This document shows positions 1 through 9,889 of a stretch of DNA of 64,000 nucleotides, in pieces. How positions within the stretch are numbered: the stretch's first letter is position 1; every line of letters begins with the position of its first letter. A model generated the notes under the pieces. It was not told the origin of the DNA. It worked only from the letters and a program-made list of their open reading frames with translations, and made no database searches. Made by a program: the position numbers and the translations under genes. Source of the DNA: an uncultured Thermoplasmatales archaeon (GTDB lineage Archaea > Thermoplasmatota > E2 > DHVEG-1); assembly GCA_964618505.1 (NCBI GenBank), contig CAZUBH010000001.1:31567-95566 (forward strand). The letters are read 5' to 3'.

Positions 1-2251
1 TAATAATTTCGTTTCTTTTTTGTATTTCTATATTTAGACTTTGTAATGAACCTGTTATTTCGTCAATTTTTTCTTTTCGTTTTTCAAGTTCATCTTTTTG
101 TTGACTATATTTTTTTTGTATTATATTCAACTTTTCATCTTTTCGGCTAATCTCTTGATTTTTTATTTCAACATCTTCAATTTTTTCTTCTAAATCTTTT
201 TTCGCAGAATCCAAATCTCTTTTGATAAGCTCCCTTTCAAGATTTACTGCTTCATATCTATTATTCGTTTTTTTAATTTCTTCTTCTAAATTTTTTATAT
301 TTATATTTAATTCAAAAATTATTTTAGTCTTACTTTTCAGTTCATTTTCTTTATCCACAAATTGAGTTCTTATTTCCTCAACTTCTTTATTTTTAGATTC
401 TATCTCAATTTGAAGATTAGCAATTTCTTGGCCATACTGCTCTACAAGCTTTGTTTTTTCTAAGAGTTCATTTTGCTGATTTGTAAATTGAGATGTTATA
501 TCTTCAACAATACCATTTTTTGTGTCTAATTCGTTTCTTAATGATTCTATTTCTTCATTTAGCTGATCAAAAACCTTAGTCTTACTTTTCAGTTCATTTT
601 CTTTATCCACAAATTGAGTTCTTATTTCCTCAACTTCTTTATTTCTACTTTGGATTTCAACCTTTAAAAATAAGATTTCTTTTTTATTTTCATCTAGATT
701 TTTTTCCAATTTTTTTATTTTGTCGTTTTTGGTTTCTATTTCTGTTTTTAACTCTGTAAAAAATTCTCCTCTTGTCTTTAACTTCTTTTCACTTTCTTCT
801 AATTGTTTACTAATTTTTGCAAAATCCTTTTTTAAATCATTTGAAAAACTTGTTTTTTCAATAAGTAGGATTTGATTTCCGTCAAGCTGTTTTCTTAGAT
901 TTTCAATTGTTTCATTACGAGACAATATATCTTTTTTTATTGATTCAATTTCATTTTCTTTTGATTTTAAATCTCTATTTAACTGTTCTATTAATTTTGA
1001 TTTTTGATTTAAATCAATTTGTTTTTTTTCTATCTCATCTTCTAATTTTTTTAATTTAGAATCTTTTTCTTGAGCCTCTTCTATATCGCTTTCATAGCCT
1101 TTAATTTTATTTTCATATTCAACTTTTATTTTTTTTATATCGCTTTCCAAATCCTTCTTTTCTTTTAATTTGTCTTTTAACTTTTCTTCAATTTTGTCTA
1201 ACTTATTATTAGTTTTATCTAATTCATCTTCTTTTTCTTTTAAATATTTTTTAAGTTCAGTTATTTCTTTTGTAAGCCTCTGATTTTCATTATTTTTCTT
1301 TTCAATATCTTCTTTTTTCTTTTCTAAATCGTTTTTAAGTTCTAAAATAGTTGATTGTCTTTTGCCAATTTCTTTTGTGATGCTATCTAATTCATTATTG
1401 CTTTTTTTTAGATTATCTTCAAGATTTGTCAATTCTTTTATTTTTGAATCGAGTGCAGATTCCAGATCTTTGATATTTCTTTCTTTTGAATTAATTTCTG
1501 TTTCCTTATCATCTAATTCATTTTTCAGTTTTCTTATCTTGAAGGTTGAATCATCCAATTCATTTTGACTTTCTCTTAAATCTTTTTTAAGTAATTGAAT
1601 CTCTCTACCATAGTCTCTACTTTCAAATTTAATTTTATCCAATTCATCTTGCAATTTTCTAATTTCATAATTTTTATTTTCTACATCATATGGATTTAAA
1701 TTTTTCTGAGGTATATTTTCAATTCTTTCATAAGCAGATTCTAATTTTGAATTTTTCTGCTCTAATAGAGATTTTAAACGATTTATTTCTCGATTTTTAC
1801 TTTCCAAATCTTCTAAAACAATATTTGATTTAAAATCTTCTTCAAATGTTTTTTCTTCTTTTTCTTTAATTCTTTTCTTTTTTCCTTTTAATATTTTTAT
1901 ATTATCAATAAATCCAATTTCTCCAACAACTTTATCATTTTTTATATATGGTTTTGTATTCACAAAAAATTTTTTCAACTCTCCTTTTGACGTATTCATT
2001 TCAATTGAATAGGTTGGTTCTTGTTTTCCAACTAATCTTGAAACATTTCTATACATCATTTTTTTATGAGACTCTTCATCAATCAATCCCGCATCAAAAA
2101 GGTTCAAACCTAAAATTTCCTTTTTGTTGTATCCTAACTCTTTACTAAAAGCATCATTTAAATCAATAAGTTCCCCTTTCTTATTTAATACAAAATATGG
2201 ATCCTTTATCTTACTACCTCCCTCTGTTGGAGAACTATTTCTCACAGTCAA
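1..2251 (-). CDS. PAS-domain protein with very long coiled coil (3' end runs off the window; >750 aa)
   Basis: Not in the ORF track. TTG at 2251 (or GTG at 2245) follows a GGGGTGA SD. The frame is open at both ends where I read it. The N-terminus DPYFVLNKKGELIDLNDAFSKELGYNKKEILGLNLFD...KVVGEIGFI is PAS-like; the rest is E/K-rich heptads. Confidence 0.8.
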   Translation of the reverse strand, partial: MTVRNSSPTEGGSKIKDPYFVLNKKGELIDLNDAFSKELGYNKKEILGLNLFDAGLIDEESHKKMMYRNVSRLVGKQEPTYSIEMNTSKGELKKFFVNTKPYIKNDKVVGEIGFIDNIKILKGKKKRIKEKEEKTFEEDFKSNIVLEDLESKNREINRLKSLLEQKNSKLESAYERIENIPQKNLNPYDVENKNYEIRKLQDELDKIKFESRDYGREIQLLKKDLRESQNELDDSTFKIRKLKNELDDKETEINSKERNIKDLESALDSKIKELTNLEDNLKKSNNELDSITKEIGKRQSTILELKNDLEKKKEDIEKKNNENQRLTKEITELKKYLKEKEDELDKTNNKLDKIEEKLKDKLKEKKDLESDIKKIKVEYENKIKGYESDIEEAQEKDSKLKKLEDEIEKKQIDLNQKSKLIEQLNRDLKSKENEIESIKKDILSRNETIENLRKQLDGNQILLIEKTSFSNDLKKDFAKISKQLEESEKKLKTRGEFFTELKTEIETKNDKIKKLEKNLDENKKEILFLKVEIQSRNKEVEEIRTQFVDKENELKSKTKVFDQLNEEIESLRNELDTKNGIVEDITSQFTNQQNELLEKTKLVEQYGQEIANLQIEIESKNKEVEEIRTQFVDKENELKSKTKIIFELNINIKNLEEEIKKTNNRYEAVNLERELIKRDLDSAKKDLEEKIEDVEIKNQEISRKDEKLNIIQKKYSQQKDELEKRKEKIDEITGSLQSLNIEIQKRNEII
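324..644. repeat. Exact 69-bp direct repeat (324-392 = 576-644) inside the coiled-coil gene
   Basis: ttagtcttacttttcagttcattttctttatccacaaattgagttcttatttcctcaacttctttattt occurs twice, offset 252 bp (84 codons). Confidence 0.95.
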
Positions 2252-2346
2252 ATCCTCACCCCTAGCCAAAATATTTGGCTGTTAGAGTTAATATAGCTAA
2301 TACAATTACATATAATTAATATTTTTTAATTTTTCATTGAATAACA

Positions 2347-3453
2347 TTATTGTTTTTGAATTAATTTTTCAACAGCTATTTTCAACTCTTCATATTCAGT
2401 TTGCAATTCGTCATACATAGATTTAACTTCGTAATATTTCTGTTTGTAAAGATTTTCTTCTTGTTTTATCTCTTCATCTTTGATAATTGAAGATTCATCT
2501 ACCATTTCAATATTTGGCATTTCTTTTTGTTCAATATTGGATAAGATGTTATCACTCATCATTCCAAAAGATGTGTTTTCTAATCTTTTTATCAACTCTT
2601 TACATTTTTTTATGTTTACATCTAAAACGTTTACTTTTCTTCTATGTGCCATTACACTTTCAGAAAAATCTCTTCTGTCCATGTCTTTTATTAAACGTTT
2701 TTCAGTAAGTTCCATAAGATTTTCTTTTAAAGCAACTCTTTCTCTTTCAAGAATTTTCAATCTATTGTTTAAAATCTCTCTAAGGGCAACGCTTTCTTCT
2801 ACATAATTAGCAATATGATCATCATGCTTTACAAAAATATTGTATAGCTCCTCATTAGAAATTGTTTTGTCTTGTACAAGCCACATTAATTCCGGAGATA
2901 TCCTATCTTTAAATTCTAATTTCTCGATTGTTTTTATTCCTTTTGTATACCAACTTGGAACAAATATTAAACCGCTTTTATCCTCATCGAATTGGTTTAA
3001 TGGAAAGCTAAGTATTGAGTCGGATTTGTCATCTTTTATTTTATACCCTATTATATTTTTATCAGAATCAAAAATAAAATCAAATACAACACCAATCTTT
3101 TCTCCAGTGTCTTCTAGAAAAACCGGTTTGCCTTTCATATCCTTTCTTAAAAAACTTTTTCTTTTCTCAGCCTTTTCCCATTTATTAGTATCTTTTTCTT
3201 CATCATCAACAATTGTTTGTAAATCTTTATCAGATTCTAATACACTAATTTCTTCTTTTATATCAACATTTGGCGTTGTTTTTTGTTTTTCACTATTTTC
3301 AGGAGTTCTAATTTCTTCTTTATTTGTTATTTTTTTTGGGGTTTTAGTTTTGTGGCCTAAACCTATTTTTCTTTTCTTTTTTATTTTTTCAGATTTTTCA
3401 ACCTTTTTATTAGAATTTTTTTTAGATTTATCGCTCTTTTTAAAAATCCCCAT
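2347..3453 (-). CDS. PRC-barrel + coiled-coil protein, CdvA-like
   Basis: Lys-rich N-terminal extension, PRC-barrel motif (KGKPVFLEDTGEKIGVVFDFIFD...IIGYKI), then LIFVPSW and helical hairpins resembling the crenarchaeal CdvA core. Confidence 0.65.
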   Translation of the reverse strand: MGIFKKSDKSKKNSNKKVEKSEKIKKKRKIGLGHKTKTPKKITNKEEIRTPENSEKQKTTPNVDIKEEISVLESDKDLQTIVDDEEKDTNKWEKAEKRKSFLRKDMKGKPVFLEDTGEKIGVVFDFIFDSDKNIIGYKIKDDKSDSILSFPLNQFDEDKSGLIFVPSWYTKGIKTIEKLEFKDRISPELMWLVQDKTISNEELYNIFVKHDDHIANYVEESVALREILNNRLKILERERVALKENLMELTEKRLIKDMDRRDFSESVMAHRRKVNVLDVNIKKCKELIKRLENTSFGMMSDNILSNIEQKEMPNIEMVDESSIIKDEEIKQEENLYKQKYYEVKSMYDELQTEYEELKIAVEKLIQKQ

Positions 3454-3473
3454 CTAGTGCATCCACCTTCCCT

Positions 3474-5186
3474 CTATAGGTCGCATCTTCCCTCCAACAC
3501 AAGTAATGGGTCTTTATGTTCTTTAACGTTTCGGATTTGGTGTGCTACATACCAGGATAATATTGATAGGGGAATTAAAAAGAAACATAGAATTAAAAAA
3601 TACATGCCACTTGCCCCACAAGCAAGAGCTACAGATTCTATAAATGCCCTATCACTATTAAAAAGTGAGTAGTTAATTAAGACTAATGCATACCCGATTG
3701 CAATAAACATTGTGTATATTGCTATTAAAATTATTTTTTCTCTTTTTCTACAGCTTAAATAATATGAAATAATGCCAGCTATGACGGAGGCAATTAACAT
3801 AGCAAGAATTTCACTATTAAAAAGTAATATTAACGGTATGATGATTAAGGAAGCAATAATTAATTGTTTTATATCCACTTTACTAAAATCAATTTTGGAT
3901 ATCCACCAGATTTTATCTCCAAATAACTTCTTTGAATTTTCTTTAATACCAGAAAGTCTATTATAAATTCCCTTTTTCAATATTAGTCTGGGTGCAAAAT
4001 GCCATGAAATGTCTATTTTGAGATTTCTATACTTTTCACTAAAATAAGCAGTCAACAAAATTGTAACTAACGTAATTATGGTAAGTATAATTCCACAAGA
4101 AACATCTAAAATTAAAACAGTAAACTCCGCATTTGATTGCAGTAAAAAATTCATATACTCGTCAGGGAACATGAACCATAGTGGTGAAGAATATAATATA
4201 ACGTCTCCAGAATACGTTCCATTTTTAGTTCCATTTGGTGCTTTTATTGAAATTCCAACATTTTCGATTTCGCCGCTACTTACATTAAATATTTTTTTTT
4301 CAACGCTAGAATGTAACTGACCTTTTCCAAATACAATACCTTTCACTGGCAAAATACCTGGATTAATTACAGGTAAATTTCTAGGTATGTTTTTGACCCC
4401 CGGATTAACGGAACCCAGATCAAAGGAACTTGATTCAGGAAATTCACCAACAGCATAAGATGCATCTATAGAATCGTAGGCGAATAAATGAATTGTGCTT
4501 AATAGAACAACAAATACTGTGAAAAAAAACAAAAATAATTTTTTTATATTAACTGGATTTGATTGAAATATTAAATATCTTAATTTTTCTTTTATTGTTT
4601 TTGCTTTTTCAGGTAAAATGAAAATTGAAACAACTAAGATTATCACAGATATTGTAAGTGGAGTAAATACGCCTATTGAAGTAAAAGTGCCCTTTGCTGA
4701 AGAAGATTGAGATATTAGATTTAATCCTTCATTAACTATTATGCCTATATATCCAACAAAAGGTACTTTTAGAGGGGTTTGTCCAACTGAAATGGTTTTT
4801 CCTATGAAGTTTTTTTCTGTAATGTATGGTTCTGGTATGTGTGGTCCTTTTTGATCGGTCCATGAATTCGCATCACCCTTAGTCACAAGAGCTGGTTTTC
4901 CCCAGACTTGTTTAATATCAGTAACCCTGTGAACAATCAATTTTTCTTCAGGCCAACTCAACCAACTTTTAAAGACTACAACATCTCCAATTTCAACATC
5001 CTCTATGTCTGCAGGAATCCAAGAAACAAGATCTCCCTCCATAAGAACTGGTGTCATAGAATCTGAAGTAATTATAGAAATGGGAAAAGGAGTTGAGGAT
5101 GTTACAGATAAAAATCTAGCAGCAATAAGTAAAATAAGTGAAATAAAAAGTAGATTCCCTATAAATTTTCTAATGGTGATTTTAAT
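3474..5186 (-). CDS. Signal peptidase I (S26, SipW/Sec11-type) fused to multi-TM and Ig-like domains
   Basis: Motifs ITSDSMTP (Ser), LIVHRV (His) and TKGDAN. The catalytic Ser and first TM lie upstream of the ATG at 5057. The frame opens at ATT 5186 after an AGAGGTGA SD. Confidence 0.85.
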   Translation of the reverse strand: MKITIRKFIGNLLFISLILLIAARFLSVTSSTPFPISIITSDSMTPVLMEGDLVSWIPADIEDVEIGDVVVFKSWLSWPEEKLIVHRVTDIKQVWGKPALVTKGDANSWTDQKGPHIPEPYITEKNFIGKTISVGQTPLKVPFVGYIGIIVNEGLNLISQSSSAKGTFTSIGVFTPLTISVIILVVSIFILPEKAKTIKEKLRYLIFQSNPVNIKKLFLFFFTVFVVLLSTIHLFAYDSIDASYAVGEFPESSSFDLGSVNPGVKNIPRNLPVINPGILPVKGIVFGKGQLHSSVEKKIFNVSSGEIENVGISIKAPNGTKNGTYSGDVILYSSPLWFMFPDEYMNFLLQSNAEFTVLILDVSCGIILTIITLVTILLTAYFSEKYRNLKIDISWHFAPRLILKKGIYNRLSGIKENSKKLFGDKIWWISKIDFSKVDIKQLIIASLIIIPLILLFNSEILAMLIASVIAGIISYYLSCRKREKIILIAIYTMFIAIGYALVLINYSLFNSDRAFIESVALACGASGMYFLILCFFLIPLSILSWYVAHQIRNVKEHKDPLLVLEGRCDL

Positions 5187-5332
5187 CTAAAATCACCTCT
5201 TTATTAGAGTTGTATTTTTACTCCTATACATTAGACTATATTTAACTAGAGTGAATCCCATCGCTTTCCCCTCAATTGAATTTGATAATTGTTAATTATT
5301 TTTATTTAGGATAAATAGAAAAAGAAAGAATT

Positions 5333-6013
5333 TTATGTTATAGTGGTTGCTTCAAAGTGGACAAATATTGCACCATCATGCGCCCCACCAGTATCTGGCG
5401 ACTGAGGTAAATTAACCGAAACTTCGACCCATACATAATCGCTTGAACCATTTATTGCAGTAGAATTTCCAACTGAATACCTGATACCTGCACCATCGTC
5501 CCATAATGTTTCAAAGTCTGTGCCATTCATGGAGCTGGTATTTTGATCTCCGGGGCCCAATTGCCAAGCAGTAGATGTTGAGGCGCTAACGCCCGATCCT
5601 TGATTCCACATTTTGACACTCGTGGAATCTGAAGAAGCAGTTAGAGTTCTATTTCCATGGAGACTAATCTCCATATAATCTCCTTCATCCGTTGAAACAT
5701 TTATATGTGTTATGTTTACAGCAAAGGGTTCCTCGTTCACAATCCCAAATGCTGCAGTATATGTCTTATTTTGCCCAGCAAAAAAATCTCCAAGAACAAT
5801 TTTTATTGCAGTGTTGGTATCATTACTAACTGCTCTTAAAACTCTAATATTGTCTGAAGAGTTATCTGAGCCAATAAATCTTATATCGGCATCACTTGGG
5901 TGAACTATGTTATATTCAAAACCAACTCTAGTTACAGCGTATTGAGTGGCCATTGTCATACTTAAAACTATCAACAAAACTCCAATAAATGTAAGACGTC
6001 TATCTATTCTCAT
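5333..6013 (-). CDS. Secreted TasA/CalY/archaeal bundling-pilin-like protein (putative SipW substrate)
   Basis: Signal peptide and beta-rich body. IVLGDFFAGQNKTYTAAFGIVN and the C-terminal VHFEAT resemble TasA-family motifs. Sits next to a SipW-like peptidase. Confidence 0.5.
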   Translation of the reverse strand: MRIDRRLTFIGVLLIVLSMTMATQYAVTRVGFEYNIVHPSDADIRFIGSDNSSDNIRVLRAVSNDTNTAIKIVLGDFFAGQNKTYTAAFGIVNEEPFAVNITHINVSTDEGDYMEISLHGNRTLTASSDSTSVKMWNQGSGVSASTSTAWQLGPGDQNTSSMNGTDFETLWDDGAGIRYSVGNSTAINGSSDYVWVEVSVNLPQSPDTGGAHDGAIFVHFEATTIT

Positions 6014-6130
6014 CCCATCCACATCCCTATAGTATATGCATCCTAGTGTAAAAAGATAATGAAATACTCATATATAAATATATTGACAAATCTTAACATT
6101 TGAAAATTAAAAAAATGAGTTTTTATTTAT

Positions 6131-9046
6131 TTAACTATGCCCTTCATTTATTGGTTCATAAGGGTTAAATGCCGGGTCACCAAATAGTAAATATTCTTGG
6201 TAAGATATATATTTATTTTCAAGCATTGGTCCTTTGCCATTGCTCGCAGTATTTTTAATTATGCCTGAATATTTATTTTGTAATTCTGAATCGATTTGTA
6301 CGCTCCCTGTTGAAACTAAAGGTGGAGACCACCAAAGTTCCCAGTCAGCGTCGGATGGTAAATAATTATTTTTTGCATTTCTAAATGCTTCACCAACACT
6401 AACATCGTTTTCTTTTAAGTCCATACATAAGTCGGTATATATCTTATATCCAAAATGAGGATCGGGATAAATGCCTTGTCTTGCTTCAATTTTTGCTTTT
6501 ATATATGACCTTAAAACTGATAGGGGAGTGTCATACATTCTATCCTTGGGCTCCAAATAACCTCCACCTATGTTTGATCCTGTTGGGGATGCAATTAAAC
6601 ATCCAACTCCAGAGTGTAGTAATCCTTGGCCAACATTTGCCTGTGGGTACATACCGTCTATTTTCCCACAAATGCAACTTTCAAGAAACATAAAAGAAGG
6701 GCCAAATTCCATTTTTTGTACATTTCTAGTTGTGTAATCTCCAACACTTCCCAGTGAGCCCCCGGGACCGGCAAATCCGCCCATTACTACAGGTATTGCT
6801 TGTTTTAAAATCCAATGCAAAACAGGCCCACCAAAACCTGCGGCAGTTAATTCTGTTCCTGCCATACCAAAAAGATGTTGACTTCCATGTGCGTTTGCCC
6901 ATATATAATTACTATTCTCCATTATTTCCCCGCCTTGAACAACACCTTCTCCAATAAGATTTTTAACTTGAAGTTTATGGAAGAATATTCTATTTAATAA
7001 AGTAACTTTTTTAATTTTATCTAACGCCTCGTCTGATAAACCTTCCATCATTGCAGCTTCATCGTAAATGAGTGTTGTATCAAAACCCATAGGTTTAGCT
7101 ACTTCTTCATTTGTTCTTTCACCAGCAATTTCACCATATCCTGTTGGATATTTCATTGGCTCTCCGCGAGGAGTTAATTGAAGAATGTCTCCTAAAATCA
7201 GATATCTTATTAAAGGTTTTTGAAAATCTTGTCCAGCGCCAATAAGTATTCCAAAATTGTCTTTCCAATCACCTAATTTTGTGATTATGTCGTTGTAAAA
7301 AATTGATCGTAATATCAATGCACTGGCATCCTGCGAATCCCAACCAGTGATTCTTCCTACAATATTTTCTTGGAAAGGATATTCTGTATAAATATCATCT
7401 GCAAGATTCGACCAGTCATATTTTTTCGGGTCAATATTTCCATATATCACATCGCTAGGAGTCCCTGCCCCAAAATAGTATTCAGTTTCTTCATAATCTA
7501 CAGGTTCTACTGCATTTTGGTATATATACTGCGGAAGAACAGTTGCTCCGCCTACAAGTGCAATGTTTATTGGATTTTCTTTGTAATGATTTTGAAGATT
7601 TTCGAGGTCTTTTTCTTCTAATAAATCAATATTTGCAAGTTTTGCAAGAAGATTATTTAATGGAATATGAATTTTATCATAAATATGTTCGTTTGAAGGT
7701 CCAGTTATTTTTGTGTTCCTTCTAGGCATGTAAAAACCAGGACTAGTCTTTCCATTTTCTGTTATTACATCATCATCTGCTGTAAAGGCAAATTCAGGCT
7801 TTCCGAAAACTAATCCTTTGTGGTATGCAGTGAGATATGGCGCAATTGATGAAAGACCTTTCATCATTGGATAAACTGGATTTTCAAGTTTTTTAACAGT
7901 AACTGTTGCAGATACCTCTCCTTCATTTTTTGCAAGCCATGTACCTGAAGCCATAACATTGTATTCTACGCCCCCTCTGTCGTATACTACAGCTTCCATT
8001 TCCATTTTATCTTTAATTATATTCCCGTTTGAATCTCTATCCGCTACTCCTCCATAAGAAGTTGTTCCGACAAAAAGCTCGTAATTCTGTAAACCTTCAG
8101 GTATATCCTCCAAATTTGCTCCAACTTGAAACATTGCATAATCGCCTAATTCATCAACATCCTCATCATCATGATTTACGCCTTCAAACTCTATTAAAGC
8201 ATACTTGTAATCATTTGGAATTGTAAAACTATCAATAGTTTGCGGAAGTGAATATAGAGCATATTGTATTAATTGAGTACTTGCAGCAGATTTTAATGTT
8301 ACAGGGCCTATGTGAAATGTTTTACTATCCAATACTTCTGGAGGCCATGCGTCTATCGGATTAGTTAATGTCATATAATCAATTTTACCGAATTTTTCCA
8401 TTAATAGATCAATTGTAGAATCAACAATCTCTTCTACTGAATTGAATTTCAAATAGTTACCATAACCTTCAATATCGCCGCATATCAAAGTTTTTTCAAC
8501 TTCTAACTCAGACAAAACATTCTTTATATCATCATCTAATTCATCTGTTACAATCACAGGTATACTTAGGTATGAGGCAATTGGGGTCGCTATTACACCT
8601 AGGCAATAACCTGATTCATTATCTTGAATAATTAAAGCCGCATCACTATTCTCCCAATAATTTTTTGCAATTTCAATCGACCAATTTTTCGCTGTCATTG
8701 TATTATCTATAATTTGGTTTGCATCTCTTCCTATTTGATCAATAATCCTCGATATAGATTTTGAAGGATTTGTAATATTTTCTACATAAAGTGGAATTAT
8801 CTCCCGATTACCTTGTTTATCATAATGAACACACAATGGAGTTGCTATTAGAGGGTAGAAAGGATTACATTGAGAAACCGAAATAGCTTCTGGTATTTCT
8901 TTTAAGTCAGAGGATATTTTGAAAAAATTTTCAATAGAAGATTCTCCTCTTGCAGTGTCCTTAGGAACCCACGTATATATTCCTATTGATGCAAAAACAA
9001 GAATTATAACTCCAACTACTGCAATAATTTTATCATTTTTGTTCAT
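6131..9046 (-). CDS. Membrane-anchored extracellular C25 (gingipain)-family cysteine peptidase
   Basis: N-terminal TM; VGRITG, NAHGS (His), FLESCICG (Cys) and YLLFGDPA are typical of C25. There is an N-terminal cell-wall-binding-2-like segment. Confidence 0.75.
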   Translation of the reverse strand: MNKNDKIIAVVGVIILVFASIGIYTWVPKDTARGESSIENFFKISSDLKEIPEAISVSQCNPFYPLIATPLCVHYDKQGNREIIPLYVENITNPSKSISRIIDQIGRDANQIIDNTMTAKNWSIEIAKNYWENSDAALIIQDNESGYCLGVIATPIASYLSIPVIVTDELDDDIKNVLSELEVEKTLICGDIEGYGNYLKFNSVEEIVDSTIDLLMEKFGKIDYMTLTNPIDAWPPEVLDSKTFHIGPVTLKSAASTQLIQYALYSLPQTIDSFTIPNDYKYALIEFEGVNHDDEDVDELGDYAMFQVGANLEDIPEGLQNYELFVGTTSYGGVADRDSNGNIIKDKMEMEAVVYDRGGVEYNVMASGTWLAKNEGEVSATVTVKKLENPVYPMMKGLSSIAPYLTAYHKGLVFGKPEFAFTADDDVITENGKTSPGFYMPRRNTKITGPSNEHIYDKIHIPLNNLLAKLANIDLLEEKDLENLQNHYKENPINIALVGGATVLPQYIYQNAVEPVDYEETEYYFGAGTPSDVIYGNIDPKKYDWSNLADDIYTEYPFQENIVGRITGWDSQDASALILRSIFYNDIITKLGDWKDNFGILIGAGQDFQKPLIRYLILGDILQLTPRGEPMKYPTGYGEIAGERTNEEVAKPMGFDTTLIYDEAAMMEGLSDEALDKIKKVTLLNRIFFHKLQVKNLIGEGVVQGGEIMENSNYIWANAHGSQHLFGMAGTELTAAGFGGPVLHWILKQAIPVVMGGFAGPGGSLGSVGDYTTRNVQKMEFGPSFMFLESCICGKIDGMYPQANVGQGLLHSGVGCLIASPTGSNIGGGYLEPKDRMYDTPLSVLRSYIKAKIEARQGIYPDPHFGYKIYTDLCMDLKENDVSVGEAFRNAKNNYLPSDADWELWWSPPLVSTGSVQIDSELQNKYSGIIKNTASNGKGPMLENKYISYQEYLLFGDPAFNPYEPINEGHS

Positions 9047-9226
9047 AACTTATCCCCGAATATATAAAGATGCTACTGTTTACTATATTTGCATCTTTCT
9101 ATATAATATTTTCTATTTATATGCTAATAATTAATATAAATAAATAAATCTTTTTTTATCTGAAAAATTTCAAATGAATAATTTTAAAAAGCATATGCTA
9201 TATTACTGCCGATAAAAGGTGAAAAA

Positions 9227-9598
9227 ATGGTAGGAGAATCAATGTCGCCACAATTACAAGATCAAATTAATAGATTACAACAATTAAGGAGTCAATTGCA
9301 AATAATTTCACAACAAAAACAACAGGTTGAGATGCAATTAAAAGAAATTGATGATTCTTTAAATGAATTAAATAACACAACAGATAAAACACCAATTTAT
9401 AAAAGCGTGGGCTCTCTTTTAATAAAGACCAAGGGTAAAAATGAAGTAAAAAAAGAACTCGAATCAAATAAAGAAAGTCTTGAACTTAGAAGAAATACTC
9501 TGGAAAAACAGGAAGGTAGAAGTAGAGAAAAATTAACAGAACTTCAAAGCAAGGTTGAAAACTCATTAAAACTTTCAAAAAAAGAAGATGAAGATTAG
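9227..9598 (+). CDS. pfdB: Prefoldin beta subunit
   Basis: PQLQDQINRLQQL...IYKSVGSLLIK, coiled-coil/beta-hairpin pattern. Confidence 0.95.
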   Translation: MVGESMSPQLQDQINRLQQLRSQLQIISQQKQQVEMQLKEIDDSLNELNNTTDKTPIYKSVGSLLIKTKGKNEVKKELESNKESLELRRNTLEKQEGRSREKLTELQSKVENSLKLSKKEDED

Positions 9599-9603
9599 AT
9601 AAA

Positions 9604-9885
9604 ATGAAAATAAAACCAAAATCTGCACATAATGATTTTAAAACTGGTTTTTTTGGGAAATTTTTTTTTATAATTGGTGCTTTTTTAATTTTATTTATCA
9701 TTTTAGAAAAACTAATTTCTTTGTTAAAAATTGATGATAATAATCTTGGTATAATACTTGCTTTTGGAATTTTATTTATTGGTATTGGCCTGCTCATTTA
9801 CTTTATTTCTTGTCAATTTAATAAGTTATCAAAAATAGCACATGAAGTTGAAAATGACGAATCGTTGCAAGATATGTCAGAATAA
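9604..9885 (+). CDS. Small 2-TM membrane protein
   Basis: Two hydrophobic helices, directly downstream of pfdB on the same strand. Confidence 0.7.
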   Translation: MKIKPKSAHNDFKTGFFGKFFFIIGAFLILFIILEKLISLLKIDDNNLGIILAFGILFIGIGLLIYFISCQFNKLSKIAHEVENDESLQDMSE

Positions 9886-9889
9886 AAAA

